Of a stretch of 64,000 bases of DNA, positions 7,983 through 17,684 are shown in pieces. The notes under the pieces were generated by a model. That model was not told where the DNA came from. It ran no database searches and worked only from the letters and a program-made list of their open reading frames with translations. How positions within the stretch are numbered: the stretch's first letter is position 1; each line of letters starts with the position of its first letter. This DNA comes from a virus. Made by a program: the position numbers and the translations under genes. The stretch covers positions 1-64,000 of the IMG/VR virus record IMGVR_UViG_3300009496_000005; one strand, given 5' to 3'.

Positions 7983-9122
7983 ATGACAACACGCGGTATA
8001 TACGCAGACAACTTTAATGCAAAATATAGTTACGATGAAAGTAACTACATATCAATCCCAGAACGATTCGCTGAATTTGTTGATGAAAACAAAATGATAG
8101 AAGTCAAGATGGCATGTAGAGAATTTAAACGAAGAAATCCACAGTTTACATGCTTTCAAGATGTTTTAGATGAACTTGTTATGGCTATTCCTTATGTAGC
8201 AGGACAACTTGTAGTTGATTCTACAATGCAAAGAAATCTTTTAATAGACAAATGTATTGATAGAGTAGATAATTTTATTGCTACTAAAGTTATGCCAATA
8301 CAAACTACACCACACCCAGAAGAAGCAGAAAAAGTTCAATGCGGATGGGATGGGCAACATACTGTAATAAAATTATATATTATATGTGTATATGTATTTG
8401 GAGAAACTTGGGAAGACAAACTGATTCCTATTAACATCTACAAAACAACAAATAAATCTCAAATCAGAGAAAACTTTATTGGACTAAATGGTGAGGATAA
8501 AACTCCACTTGATCCGATTGATATTTGGGAACAAATGATTATGGGTGTATGTGTTGATGGTAGCACAAATCCTATATGGGTTGAAGCATACAATAAGTTT
8601 GAAGTAATTAAAAAATGGAAACTTTTTGTAACACATGAAAAGTTTGGCAATGCACACGAAGTTGGTGCTATATCTAGATTGACTGAGATAGAAAAAGCAA
8701 CACCAGAAGATATCAATTACTTTGGTATATACTGGTCAGCCATTAGGCAGAACAGAAGTGTAGCACCCAAAGAGATCTATATGATGCTTACTTGGATTAT
8801 GTTATGTAGGATTGAAGGAATTGCATTAGACGAAGATTATATGCTAGACCTAGCAGATATGAACACCTCGTTCTTTAGAGCAGACTTTTCACCAAGTGGA
8901 CCATTCTGGGCAAAGGCTGAGTTGGCATATGAAGCCTGGCATGAAGAAAAGTATGGAGACTTTGATGATGCTGATAAGCCAGAACCTAGTATGCAAAAGT
9001 TACCATCACATGGTATTCCGTTCTTTAATGCACAAATTAAAAAGACCCTTAACAGGAAAGTGCCTGCCTCAGGTAATATGGCTAACAATGGATTTAAACC
9101 TAGTGAAGATTACTTATGGTAA
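7983..9122 (+). CDS. ParB/Srx-like N-terminal domain protein
   Basis: MQR...WDGQHT motif; AAGGAG SD. Confidence 0.55.
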   Translation: MTTRGIYADNFNAKYSYDESNYISIPERFAEFVDENKMIEVKMACREFKRRNPQFTCFQDVLDELVMAIPYVAGQLVVDSTMQRNLLIDKCIDRVDNFIATKVMPIQTTPHPEEAEKVQCGWDGQHTVIKLYIICVYVFGETWEDKLIPINIYKTTNKSQIRENFIGLNGEDKTPLDPIDIWEQMIMGVCVDGSTNPIWVEAYNKFEVIKKWKLFVTHEKFGNAHEVGAISRLTEIEKATPEDINYFGIYWSAIRQNRSVAPKEIYMMLTWIMLCRIEGIALDEDYMLDLADMNTSFFRADFSPSGPFWAKAELAYEAWHEEKYGDFDDADKPEPSMQKLPSHGIPFFNAQIKKTLNRKVPASGNMANNGFKPSEDYLW

Positions 9123-9556
9123 GAACGTTATTACAGGACCAACGCAAAAACAAAAGGGACGTCCAAAGAATTATAGAGAATAAAATTCTCTGTGATGTTC
9201 CTGGTTGCGACGAACTTATAAGTCTTTACCGTGGTCCTTATTCAGATACCAAATGTAGAGATCATCAACTGCAAGGTATAGAGTATGGTGGTAATGCTAG
9301 TGCTAATAGGACATATACATATCACAAACTAGATCATTGTGAAGATTGCGGCTGGACACCATACACAGATCCTTACTTCAAACTAGAAGAATTCGAATCA
9401 GAGCATGATATGAAACGTTGTCAAGATAAGATGTTGACAGTAGATCATATTAACGGTAATCATGATGATAATCGTGAGGAGAATTGTCAAACTTTATGCG
9501 ATAGATGTCACAAAAAGAAGTCACATATCAATAAAGACTGGTTGACAAGTTCTTAA
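9116..9556 (+). CDS. HNH endonuclease family protein
   Basis: CEDC...LTVDHINGNHDDN...NCQTLCDRCH. Confidence 0.85.
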   Translation: MVRTLLQDQRKNKRDVQRIIENKILCDVPGCDELISLYRGPYSDTKCRDHQLQGIEYGGNASANRTYTYHKLDHCEDCGWTPYTDPYFKLEEFESEHDMKRCQDKMLTVDHINGNHDDNREENCQTLCDRCHKKKSHINKDWLTSS

Positions 9557-9569
9557 AAGGTGCTATACT
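9542..9569 (+). promoter_or_regulatory. sigma70-type early promoter
   Basis: TTGACA-N16-TATACT then ATATGTAT. Confidence 0.8.
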
Positions 9570-9602
9570 ATATGTATATTAAATAAAAAGGTAGGAGTTT
9601 TT

Positions 9603-9923
9603 ATGTATATTTTAGAAAACAAACAAACAGGTGCAATCTTTGGTGCCAAGTCTTTTAACGTCAAATCTCAGTTTGAAACAGAAGCGGCGGCTAAAGCGGC
9701 GGCTACTCGATATGAGAAGAAGTTTACGCCTAATCCATATGGTAGAATGGTATTTAAAAAGTCTGACTACAAAGTTACAGCATATAATGATTATGTTGAG
9801 CCTAATGTAGAGATTACTTTTACTAATCTACATGATGGTAGTGGCCCTTATACAACTACTATTGGTCTTAATGACGTTGGTAGTTGTGTAGACCCTAGAA
9901 CAGAAACATACTGGTCCATGTAG
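9603..9923 (+). CDS. hypothetical early protein
   Basis: AGGAG SD; C-terminal CVDPRTETYWSM. Confidence 0.7.
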   Translation: MYILENKQTGAIFGAKSFNVKSQFETEAAAKAAATRYEKKFTPNPYGRMVFKKSDYKVTAYNDYVEPNVEITFTNLHDGSGPYTTTIGLNDVGSCVDPRTETYWSM

Positions 9924-9948
9924 GATCAGTATGTCGATAAATACTAGC

Positions 9949-10311
9949 ATGAAGTTCTTAGAAATCAAAGAAAGCCAAGAAGCATTACAGGCAAAGAAAG
10001 TCAAGTTGCAACAACTTGAACAGCAACGTGATGCTATGGAATCTGCTTTAACTTCTGCTCGTGAGGCAACTAAACTTATTAAATACGAAGACACAACCAC
10101 ACAGATATTTGTGAAGTTGTCTAGTATTGCTGATCAAGTTGGCATAGAAGAGAAAGAATTAGATTACTATGCCAATCAAGTTCGCGAAGCATCTAACAAT
10201 TTAGAGTCTAAAGTTTATGATATGGAAGAGGTGTTCTCAGAAAAACTGAGAGATCTTAATAATGCATATGATGATCTTGAATACGAAATAGATTACCCAG
10301 AAGACTACTAA
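9949..10311 (+). CDS. late coiled-coil protein
   Basis: TAAATA-N5-ATG at 9949; heptad-rich. Confidence 0.65.
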   Translation: MKFLEIKESQEALQAKKVKLQQLEQQRDAMESALTSAREATKLIKYEDTTTQIFVKLSSIADQVGIEEKELDYYANQVREASNNLESKVYDMEEVFSEKLRDLNNAYDDLEYEIDYPEDY

Positions 10312-10367
10312 ATCATTCAAAACCAGCATTTAAGACTATTTAAATGCACATTTTCACCCAAAACCGG

Positions 10368-10395
10368 TTGACATATCTTAAAAATTTGCTATACT
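10368..10395 (+). promoter_or_regulatory. sigma70-type early promoter
   Basis: AAAACCGG-TTGACA-N16-TATACT-ATATGTATAG. Confidence 0.8.
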
Positions 10396-10430
10396 ATATG
10401 TATAGGTTAAATTAATAAGGGAGTTAAACT

Positions 10431-11015
10431 ATGCAATACAACATTTATCAAATCCAAGTATCAGACGAGATTACAGATTTCGTTAATTCAAACGAAGGCG
10501 GTCATTACGAAGCCGCTAAAAAATATCCATTATATCATGCAAAAATGGAAACAATGCACGCCAGAGGCGATAGTGATAAAATAGATTTCAAACAAGAATA
10601 CTTTTCACACTACACTAAAGTATGTGAAGTAGACGGTAGATACTGTGGACTTACAAAAGGCGATAATATAGATTATACTGTTACCAGCAAAAACGAAGTA
10701 TTTTCAATACTAAATCAATGTTACTTAGATGAAGAAACAGGTGAAGACATAGTGTTTGATAAACATGTTTCTAACTATGTAATGAAAACAATCACTAGAA
10801 AAAATGGTGAGCAAGTAACTTACAGAGATATGCATTCATTATCAGTAGGTGATATTATTGCTGAGCAACCTCAAGTTGGTTATGAGGTAATGGATATAGA
10901 TGATATCATTCCAAACACAAGATATTTTATTGTTGAAAGTTATGGCTTTACAGATATCACAGACATCATTCAAGACATGGATGTTGCTATTAATAGAATC
11001 AAGGAGGCAGTATAA
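10431..11015 (+). CDS. YodL-like domain protein
   Basis: N-terminal YNIYQI and MHSLSVGDII motifs. Confidence 0.5.
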   Translation: MQYNIYQIQVSDEITDFVNSNEGGHYEAAKKYPLYHAKMETMHARGDSDKIDFKQEYFSHYTKVCEVDGRYCGLTKGDNIDYTVTSKNEVFSILNQCYLDEETGEDIVFDKHVSNYVMKTITRKNGEQVTYRDMHSLSVGDIIAEQPQVGYEVMDIDDIIPNTRYFIVESYGFTDITDIIQDMDVAINRIKEAV

Positions 11016-11329
11016 TGAATCCTTGGAATATCATACAACAATTAGAAGCGGACAATAGTTCACTAGCCAAGCAGGCTATTCTTAAACCAGCACTAGAGTA
11101 TGTTGCAGAGCAGACTGGCACAGTTGCTGATTTTACTGAGAATGATTTTATAATGGGTGTGCAACTTGCACTTGACCCTATGGTAACATTTGGTGTGAAG
11201 CAAGTTCCTGTAAGGAAAGGTGCTGATGGTGAAGGCTACCCAATGAAAGAGTTTGAAGAGTTAGCAAGTCAATTGGAACTTAGACATCTAACTGGACACG
11301 ATGCCAGAGATGCAATCTTTAAGCAATGA
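11015..11329 (+). CDS. lig: ATP-dependent DNA ligase, N-terminal part (split gene)
   Basis: LEADNSSLAKQAIL...LALDPMVTFGV...LTGHDARDAI typical of the T4-like ligase N-domain; frame breaks at about 11320. Confidence 0.75.
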   Translation: MNPWNIIQQLEADNSSLAKQAILKPALEYVAEQTGTVADFTENDFIMGVQLALDPMVTFGVKQVPVRKGADGEGYPMKEFEELASQLELRHLTGHDARDAIFKQ

Positions 11330-12333
11330 AACTGTCAACAAACGAGCAATGGAACGATTGGTATAGACGTATTTTAATCAAAGACCTACGTTGTGGCACT
11401 GGTGCTAAACTTATTAACAAAGTTGTAAAAGGAACTATTCCTTTGTTTGAATGTATGTTAGCACACGATGGTGCAAAACATCCTAAGAAGATTACAGGCG
11501 AGTGTATGGTTGAATACAAGTATGATGGTGTAAGAGTTATTGCTATTGTGCAAAATGGTAGTGCTACTTTACATTCACGTAATGGTAAAATACTATCCAA
11601 CTTCCCACACATTGAAGAGGCACTTAGCAAGTCTGAGTTTGAAGGCTTAGTATTTGATGGCGAAGTAATGAGCGAAGACTTCCAAAGTTTAATGAAGCAA
11701 GTTCACAGAAAAGAAGGTGCTCAAACTGAAGACGCCTACTTGGCTGTGTTTGATATGCTTACACTTGCAGAATTCAAAGCAGGTGGCACAACCAAAACTG
11801 CTGAAGTAAGACGTGGTAGACTTCTTGAATTAGACCACGCCAACTTACTTCCAGACAGCATCAGAATAGTTGATGCTTACTCTGTAAACTTTGATACTGA
11901 TGAAGGCAGAGCAGAATTTGATAAACTAAACAAAACTGCATTGGCAGAAGGTTATGAAGGCTTAATGATTAAGCCAATTGACCAAGGCTATAAATGTAAA
12001 CGTAGTCACGCCTGGCTCAAAGTAAAACCTTTTATTGAAGTAACACTTTCTGTAGTTGACGTTGAAGAGGGCACAGGTAAAAATGCAGGAATGTTAGGTG
12101 CTCTTGTTGTTGAAGGCGAAGACGATGGCAAGTTCTTTAAACTTAATGTTGGTAGTGGCTTAACTGATGACATGCGTAAAGACGTATGGGCAGTTAAGGA
12201 ATCAGTTATTGGACAGTTAGTTGAGATTAGAGCGGATGCGGCAACACAAAGCCAAGATGCTGATGACGTTTGGAGTCTTAGGTTTCCAAGATTTAAAACA
12301 TTTAGAGGATTTGCAGTAGGAGAAAAGTTGTAG
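11326..12333 (+). CDS. lig: ATP-dependent DNA ligase, catalytic and OB domains
   Basis: EYKYDGVR (motif I), FDGE, EGLMIK, WLKVK, SLRFPRF. Confidence 0.92.
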   Translation: MKLSTNEQWNDWYRRILIKDLRCGTGAKLINKVVKGTIPLFECMLAHDGAKHPKKITGECMVEYKYDGVRVIAIVQNGSATLHSRNGKILSNFPHIEEALSKSEFEGLVFDGEVMSEDFQSLMKQVHRKEGAQTEDAYLAVFDMLTLAEFKAGGTTKTAEVRRGRLLELDHANLLPDSIRIVDAYSVNFDTDEGRAEFDKLNKTALAEGYEGLMIKPIDQGYKCKRSHAWLKVKPFIEVTLSVVDVEEGTGKNAGMLGALVVEGEDDGKFFKLNVGSGLTDDMRKDVWAVKESVIGQLVEIRADAATQSQDADDVWSLRFPRFKTFRGFAVGEKL

Positions 12334-12497
12334 TGTTGAAAAGATTTAGCGATTGGCTTAACATCTGCAAAACACATTGGAAAGAGATATTTGCTCTTTC
12401 CTTTATGCTACACTTGGTAATGGATCTATTAGTTATAGGTCCATTATTTTTTCTATTAGGATACTTTTTTGGAGTGCATATTGAAACTGGACACTAA
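12333..12497 (+). CDS. small membrane protein (54 aa, not in ORF track)
   Basis: GTG start overlapping ligase stop, AGGAG upstream, hydrophobic C-half. Confidence 0.5.
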   Translation: MLKRFSDWLNICKTHWKEIFALSFMLHLVMDLLVIGPLFFLLGYFFGVHIETGH

Positions 12498-12747
12498 CAT
12501 CTACTTGGTCAAGAAGAATAAATTGGCAGAAGGCATCCAATATGAATATTCTTTTCCAAATGGCTATGGTGCAAGTGTTATCAAAACTACTTACAGTTAC
12601 GGAGGAGAAGCAGGCCTCTGGGAACTAGCAGTTCTCTATCAAGACGAACTATGTTATACATCAGGCATCACAGATGATGTGATTGGGCACTTAACTTCCA
12701 AAGATGTTAAATCACTTTTAGAGAGAATATATGCTATTGAAGTGTAA
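12469..12747 (+). CDS. conserved phage hypothetical protein (start uncertain)
   Basis: FPNGYGASVI...GLWELAVL motif. Confidence 0.7.
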   Translation: MECILKLDTNIYLVKKNKLAEGIQYEYSFPNGYGASVIKTTYSYGGEAGLWELAVLYQDELCYTSGITDDVIGHLTSKDVKSLLERIYAIEV

Positions 12748-12761
12748 ATAAAAGTGTTAAT

Positions 12762-12929
12762 ATGAAAAAGATATCAAGCAAACAAAATAATAGGATGAAA
12801 CTTCGTAACAAACGAAGAATGGTCCTAGAATCCAGAAGAAAGGTCAGACGTAAGAATTTGAGGCTTTTAGCAGAAAATATGCGAAAACAGCCTAGTTTTA
12901 TTCCTTACGAAGAATCTGTAGTCCTTTAA
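12762..12929 (+). CDS. Arg/Lys-rich small protein (55 aa, not in ORF track)
   Basis: MKKISSKQNNRMKLRNKRR...; TAAATA upstream. Confidence 0.45.
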   Translation: MKKISSKQNNRMKLRNKRRMVLESRRKVRRKNLRLLAENMRKQPSFIPYEESVVL

Positions 12930-13069
12930 GACACCTTAAAGATGGGTAATTCCATTATCAGAGTTGTTATATCTGGTTGTTAGTATCTTAAATAATATTG
13001 ATGGTAATTTATACAGACTGCACAGGACGTGTAACTTACCATTTTTTATATCTATAAGGAGGTAATTTT

Positions 13070-13300
13070 ATGGATAACGTAATGAAACAGGTTCACACAT
13101 TTGTAGGTGGACTAACATCAATTTTCGTCTCACTATTAGGATTAGGAGTTGTTGCAGGATTAGTATTCGGTAACACTTTCTTCGTAGGAGATGTAGTTGA
13201 AAACATCACAGCATTGGTGGCAGGATTAGGAGAAGCAGGATTAGTAGGTCTAATTGTTGCAATAATCTTAATCCATTTACTTGATCCTAAAGGCAAGTAA
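13070..13300 (+). CDS. small two-helix membrane protein
   Basis: AAGGAGG SD; Gly-rich hydrophobic helices. Confidence 0.8.
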   Translation: MDNVMKQVHTFVGGLTSIFVSLLGLGVVAGLVFGNTFFVGDVVENITALVAGLGEAGLVGLIVAIILIHLLDPKGK

Positions 13301-13377
13301 TACGCATCAAGGGTTGGGGTGGCCTATTTAACCGCCCCACTAACCTTATACAAAAATAATAACAAAGGAGAAATGTA

Positions 13378-13977
13378 ATGATTAAATCATTCACAACTGC
13401 TTTTGCAGTTTTATTACTGGCAGGAATGCCTACAATGGCTACCGCTGGTATATCAGCAGGTGCAGATAGTGATTATCTTTTCAGAGGTGTATCACAAACT
13501 GACGGCGGAGTATCTGCTTGGGCAGGCTATAGACACGACTTTGATAATGGCTTTTTGGCAGGTGCCTGGGTCGGTCAAGTTGACTTTGCAGACGGATCAG
13601 ATTTAGAAACTGATTTATATGCTGGTTGGTCTAACGGAGACTGGTTAGTAGGTTATATCGACTACAGTTATAATGGTGATGCAGACTTAGACGGCAGTGA
13701 GTTCTTTATCAGTAAAGAAGTTATGGGCGTATCAGTTGATTACTATTTAGGTCAAGATGACTACACAGACTATTTGGAATTAGGATACTCTTTAATGGGA
13801 TTCGACGTTTCTTATGGTATGTGGGATGAAGTTGGTGACAACCTTTCCATTAAGAAGTCATTTGATTTACCAATGGGATTAGAAGGTTCAGTAGGCCTTG
13901 TCAGTTTTATGGCTGATGATGCCTCAGAAATGGAAGACGAAGACAGTTTCGTTCTTTCTGTTTCTAAATCATTCTAA
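13378..13977 (+). CDS. TorF/TIGR02001-family outer-membrane beta-barrel
   Basis: signal peptide, SDYLFRGVSQT motif, ETDLYAGW, C-terminal Phe. Confidence 0.8.
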   Translation: MIKSFTTAFAVLLLAGMPTMATAGISAGADSDYLFRGVSQTDGGVSAWAGYRHDFDNGFLAGAWVGQVDFADGSDLETDLYAGWSNGDWLVGYIDYSYNGDADLDGSEFFISKEVMGVSVDYYLGQDDYTDYLELGYSLMGFDVSYGMWDEVGDNLSIKKSFDLPMGLEGSVGLVSFMADDASEMEDEDSFVLSVSKSF

Positions 13978-13990
13978 CATATACACAATT

Positions 13991-14023
13991 AAAAAAGCAC
14001 ATCTTCGGTTGTGCTTTTTTTTT
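13991..14023 (+). terminator. intrinsic terminator
   Basis: AAAAAAGCACA...TGTGCTTTTTTTTT. Confidence 0.8.
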
Positions 14024-14075
14024 GACTAAAATAACCATAAAACTTAACACATCTGTTAATAGTCGATAAATACAA

Positions 14076-14225
14076 ATGAAGATCCAGCAAGTCTCTTCAT
14101 CAACATCCACTTTGCTAGTGCTTCTCATTATGAAGGCTAACCAAAAAGTTAAGGAACTTTTTTGTGTATGAGCATTGTCCGTAAGGAGATGTGAACGAGT
14201 TGCTATAACATATAGAACTTGGAGA
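14076..14225 (+). ncRNA. candidate multi-hairpin structured 5' leader (family not recognised)
   Basis: five to six consecutive stems between GATAAATA (14065) and GGAG SD. Confidence 0.45.
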
Positions 14226-14233
14226 ACAGTCAC

Positions 14234-14374
14234 ATGACAACTTTAGTTAAGGTTGCAAGGAACATTCGTAAAAATTTTAGATCAAACGCATTAGAGAACG
14301 ACGATTTAGTTATGCTCTTTATTATTGCTGTGACATTTTATACTATGATACTTGCTATGGCACCGATCATATAG
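14234..14374 (+). CDS. small membrane peptide (46 aa, not in ORF track)
   Basis: GGAG SD; basic N-half, hydrophobic C-terminal helix. Confidence 0.6.
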   Translation: MTTLVKVARNIRKNFRSNALENDDLVMLFIIAVTFYTMILAMAPII

Positions 14375-14404
14375 ATAAAGACCATAAAATTACCTCAATA
14401 GACC

Positions 14405-14427
14405 AAGCACTCTTCGGAGTGCTTTTT
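14405..14427. terminator. bidirectional terminator
   Basis: AAGCACTC-TTCG-GAGTGCTT between convergent genes. Confidence 0.8.
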
Positions 14428-14428
14428 C

Positions 14429-16249
14429 TTATGTGATATTATATTTTCCGTATCCGAATCTACGTCTGAAGTATAGTTTTTCTAGATGATCATCTAGTGA
14501 ATGAGATTGGTCGTGTTCAAAGGATACATAAGTTCTACCTTGCCTTACTTGGCCTTCTCGTCCTTTTAGATATTCAAACCAATGTGCATTGTAGCATTTT
14601 TTAAACTGGTAGTCATTTATCTTCTCAGGACTATACATAAAGTCGCATTGTGCTTCTAACAGTTCACTTGGTAAGTCATTGAATGTATCTTTTATAAATG
14701 TTTGTGTTGCTTCCCAATTTTCATGCAACAGCCTATTCAAATACCAAAGCAGAGTATGTCCACTATAAGGACTAGGTTTGCCTTGTGTGTAGTCTCGAAT
14801 AATGCTTTCTACCTTACGCCAAATATCTCCCACTGGTCCTTGATCACTAGCCAAGCAATCAAACAAGCGATCATAAAACTGTCTGTATTGTTCTGTATTA
14901 GATTGATGCGAATACCTAGCAAGTAATTGTGTCCAGCCTCCACAATGAAAGTTAATTATCATTGTTGCATACATCCAACTGTCTATAAAATCTTTGTAAG
15001 GCATTGTCTTTGTGCCAACTACAACTTCTGTTCGTTCTAGTATGCCGTCGTCATCGTCGTCTAAGTCTCCACTAACATATCCTGCTAGTTCTACAGTTTC
15101 AAATTGATATTCTTCTTTATGCTCTGGTGCATTACTTTGTGCATTCTCTAATATTTGATGGAACCATATCTCTATACTGTTATGCTGTCCTATGTCTAAC
15201 ACTTCTGCTAAACCCTTACGCCAACTGTCAGGTGTTTCTAAAGGCAAAGGTAGTATTAGTTCTGTGTATGTTCCCAATCCTTCTGCTTCAATTAAATCAA
15301 ACATATCTTTTAAATGCGACATGTCCATATTCTTTCTTTCTATTGCCTTCAATACATCTGTATCCATGCTTTGAACACTTAGAGTCATTCCTCTATTCAT
15401 GCCATTGCTTGTTAGTTTTTTAACAATTGGTATTACATTTTGTTTAGAGTTCTTATGCCAGTTAGCATTAAATACTTTTGGATAGCCATACTTGTCTTGA
15501 ACCTCTAACATTACATCTACTATCTCTGAATCTCGTTCCGGAAACACACCAAAGTTAGCATCTGCTACAAAGATATATTCTATTTTGTTCTTGCCTAGCC
15601 ATTCTATTTCTTGATATACCTTTGGCACAGGAAACTTTTTAATCTTACTGTAAGTTAAACTACCCCAATCACAAAAACTACATTTAAAAGGACATCCTCT
15701 ATTTGTTTCTAGTGTGGTGCTCCATTTTATATCTGGGTTCTCTTTTATTATATTATCAAAGAATCCATTTATATACGGACTAGGTATATCTAAATCCATA
15801 AGCCTTGTTGCTTCGTATGTTTTTTGTATTGTTCCTGTTTCTTTTAGATCATTAATAAGTTTCTCAAAACTTAATTCTCCTTCACTGACAATCCAACTGT
15901 CTACCCAATTAAATTCTTTTTGCTGTTCTTCTAATCTAAACTCGCTTACTTGTGGTCCGCCAAATACAATAATAGCATCTGGATTGATCTCTTTGATACG
16001 TTTGGATAGTTCTAGGTTGTATTCCCAATTCCACATGTAGCAACTAAACAATACCATGTCGTCATTACGCATACTCTTAGACGCATTGTGAACAGCCTCA
16101 CGCCTAAATACTACTCTATTGACATCAAAGTATCCAGGATTTTTATCTTCAACGAATGTATACACACATGCAATGCTATGTGGTAACCAGTATCCTGAAA
16201 ATATTTTGCCACCCTGTCTAAAGTTTGGCTGGACTAATGATATTTGCAT
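14429..16249 (-). CDS. B12-binding-domain radical SAM protein
   Basis: FSCYMWN, VFGGP, ETNRGCPFKCSFCDWG; start at 16249, 5 nt after TAAATA. Confidence 0.85.
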   Translation of the reverse strand: MQISLVQPNFRQGGKIFSGYWLPHSIACVYTFVEDKNPGYFDVNRVVFRREAVHNASKSMRNDDMVLFSCYMWNWEYNLELSKRIKEINPDAIIVFGGPQVSEFRLEEQQKEFNWVDSWIVSEGELSFEKLINDLKETGTIQKTYEATRLMDLDIPSPYINGFFDNIIKENPDIKWSTTLETNRGCPFKCSFCDWGSLTYSKIKKFPVPKVYQEIEWLGKNKIEYIFVADANFGVFPERDSEIVDVMLEVQDKYGYPKVFNANWHKNSKQNVIPIVKKLTSNGMNRGMTLSVQSMDTDVLKAIERKNMDMSHLKDMFDLIEAEGLGTYTELILPLPLETPDSWRKGLAEVLDIGQHNSIEIWFHQILENAQSNAPEHKEEYQFETVELAGYVSGDLDDDDDGILERTEVVVGTKTMPYKDFIDSWMYATMIINFHCGGWTQLLARYSHQSNTEQYRQFYDRLFDCLASDQGPVGDIWRKVESIIRDYTQGKPSPYSGHTLLWYLNRLLHENWEATQTFIKDTFNDLPSELLEAQCDFMYSPEKINDYQFKKCYNAHWFEYLKGREGQVRQGRTYVSFEHDQSHSLDDHLEKLYFRRRFGYGKYNIT

Positions 16250-16301
16250 ACTACTATTTAACAAAAAGATAAATAGTTGTATAATTTATTAGGAGAGTAT
16301 A

Positions 16302-16667
16302 ATGGCAGATAACAGAGTTTATCCTTCAAATACAGACGAACAAGCAAATGTGGCGGCTACATTGGCAGGTGTTTCTAAGTCAGATCTAGTTAGAGGAACA
16401 CACTTAGGTGCTGAAAATCCAAATGGTGCTCAAGGTTCTAGCCCAACTTCATTTGACGGGTATACACCTATACATTTAATTAATGATCCAAGCGATGGTA
16501 TTAATGATGGCGCAAAGTATGTAACTTATTTCCAAAAAGATGACACAAGTCCAGCAGAATTCTACAAGGCAGTTAATGCAGATGTTTCAACACTAGCACA
16601 ATTAACGTCTGGTGCTGAGTTTGATTTAGTGAGTCCAAAGGAATTAAACCGCAACGGCATCGAATAA
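16302..16667 (+). CDS. late hypothetical protein
   Basis: GATAAATA at 16268 plus AGGAG SD. Confidence 0.7.
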   Translation: MADNRVYPSNTDEQANVAATLAGVSKSDLVRGTHLGAENPNGAQGSSPTSFDGYTPIHLINDPSDGINDGAKYVTYFQKDDTSPAEFYKAVNADVSTLAQLTSGAEFDLVSPKELNRNGIE

Positions 16668-16705
16668 TACTTGACAAATAGTAAATATCATAGTAATATA
16701 TAACT

Positions 16706-17095
16706 ATGGTCAATTCCTTACAACAATTCGTAGATACATTTGAAGCATTAGGCGATCCTAATGCTATCTATGAATACGTCTTAGACTTCGGTTCAGATAC
16801 CAACGAAACTATAGAAAGAATACAAGATAACTTTGTTTATGGTTGTCAGAGTGAAGTCTGGGTCGATGGTATAGAAGAAGCATTAGGTTGGAAGTTTGAA
16901 CTAGTAAGTGATGCTTACATTGTAAACGGTATAGGTAATATCATGTGTGACTGTATGAAGGGATTGAGCACTCCTGAGATAGAAGCATTACAATGGGAAG
17001 ATTTTGCACCACTAGGCAGATACTTTAGTCAACAAAGAAAACAAGGAATGCAAGCCATACTTAATAAATGTAAAAAAATAACACGAGGCGAATAA
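16706..17095 (+). CDS. sufE: SufE-family sulfur acceptor
   Basis: [12 protein letters not shown] with catalytic Cys; SDAYIVNG; SQQRKQG. Confidence 0.85.
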   Translation: MVNSLQQFVDTFEALGDPNAIYEYVLDFGSDTNETIERIQDNFVYGCQSEVWVDGIEEALGWKFELVSDAYIVNGIGNIMCDCMKGLSTPEIEALQWEDFAPLGRYFSQQRKQGMQAILNKCKKITRGE

Positions 17096-17682
17096 TGAAT
17101 TTTATACCATATGTAATAGAGAAGACAGCACAAGGTGAACGTAGTTACGACATCTATAGTAGACTGTTAAAAGAAAGAATAGTATTTCTCAACGGAGAAG
17201 TAAATGATCAAGTATCAAATAGTATTTGTGCTCAGTTACTTTTCTTAGAAGCAGACGATCCGGATGCCGATATTAATTTTTATATTAATAGTCCAGGTGG
17301 AACTGTAACAAGTGGTATGGCAATGTATGATACTATGCAATATATCAAACCAGATGTATCAACTATTGTAATGGGACAAGCGGCCAGCATGGGTTCATTT
17401 CTTGCTAACAGTGGTGCTCCTGGTAAACGTTTCATGTTACCTGGTGCTAGGCATATGATCCATCAACCATTAGGTGGTGCTAGTGGACAAGCAAGTGATA
17501 TTCAGATCCGTGCTAACGAGATTATCCGTATTAAAAAAGAACTCACAGAAGCATACGTCAAACACAATACCAAAGGTAAAACTTATGAAGAGTTTGAGGC
17601 GGCTATGGATAGAGATAACTTTATGAATGCTCAAGAAGCCTTAGACTTTGGACTTGTAGACGAGATTATCGAGAAGAGATAA
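17095..17682 (+). CDS. clpP: ATP-dependent Clp protease proteolytic subunit
   Basis: [39 protein letters not shown]. Confidence 0.97.
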   Translation: MNFIPYVIEKTAQGERSYDIYSRLLKERIVFLNGEVNDQVSNSICAQLLFLEADDPDADINFYINSPGGTVTSGMAMYDTMQYIKPDVSTIVMGQAASMGSFLANSGAPGKRFMLPGARHMIHQPLGGASGQASDIQIRANEIIRIKKELTEAYVKHNTKGKTYEEFEAAMDRDNFMNAQEALDFGLVDEIIEKR

Positions 17683-17684
17683 TT

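Noticed and set aside
9116-9556. HNH gene as a mobile homing element in an intron
   Set aside because: Free-standing and overlapping the upstream gene; no flanking split exon or intron structure seen
11310-11330. Programmed -1 frameshift joining the ligase halves
   Set aside because: No X XXY YYZ slippery heptamer, and the -1 frame has TAA (CTT TAA) immediately before the junction
14044-14059. CtrA box
   Set aside because: Spacing is TTAA-N8-TTAA rather than N7; kept only as an unnamed palindrome
13964-14233. 89-aa minus-strand ORF over the structured leader
   Set aside because: Crosses a terminator, has no SD, and is better explained by the plus-strand promoter-leader-peptide unit
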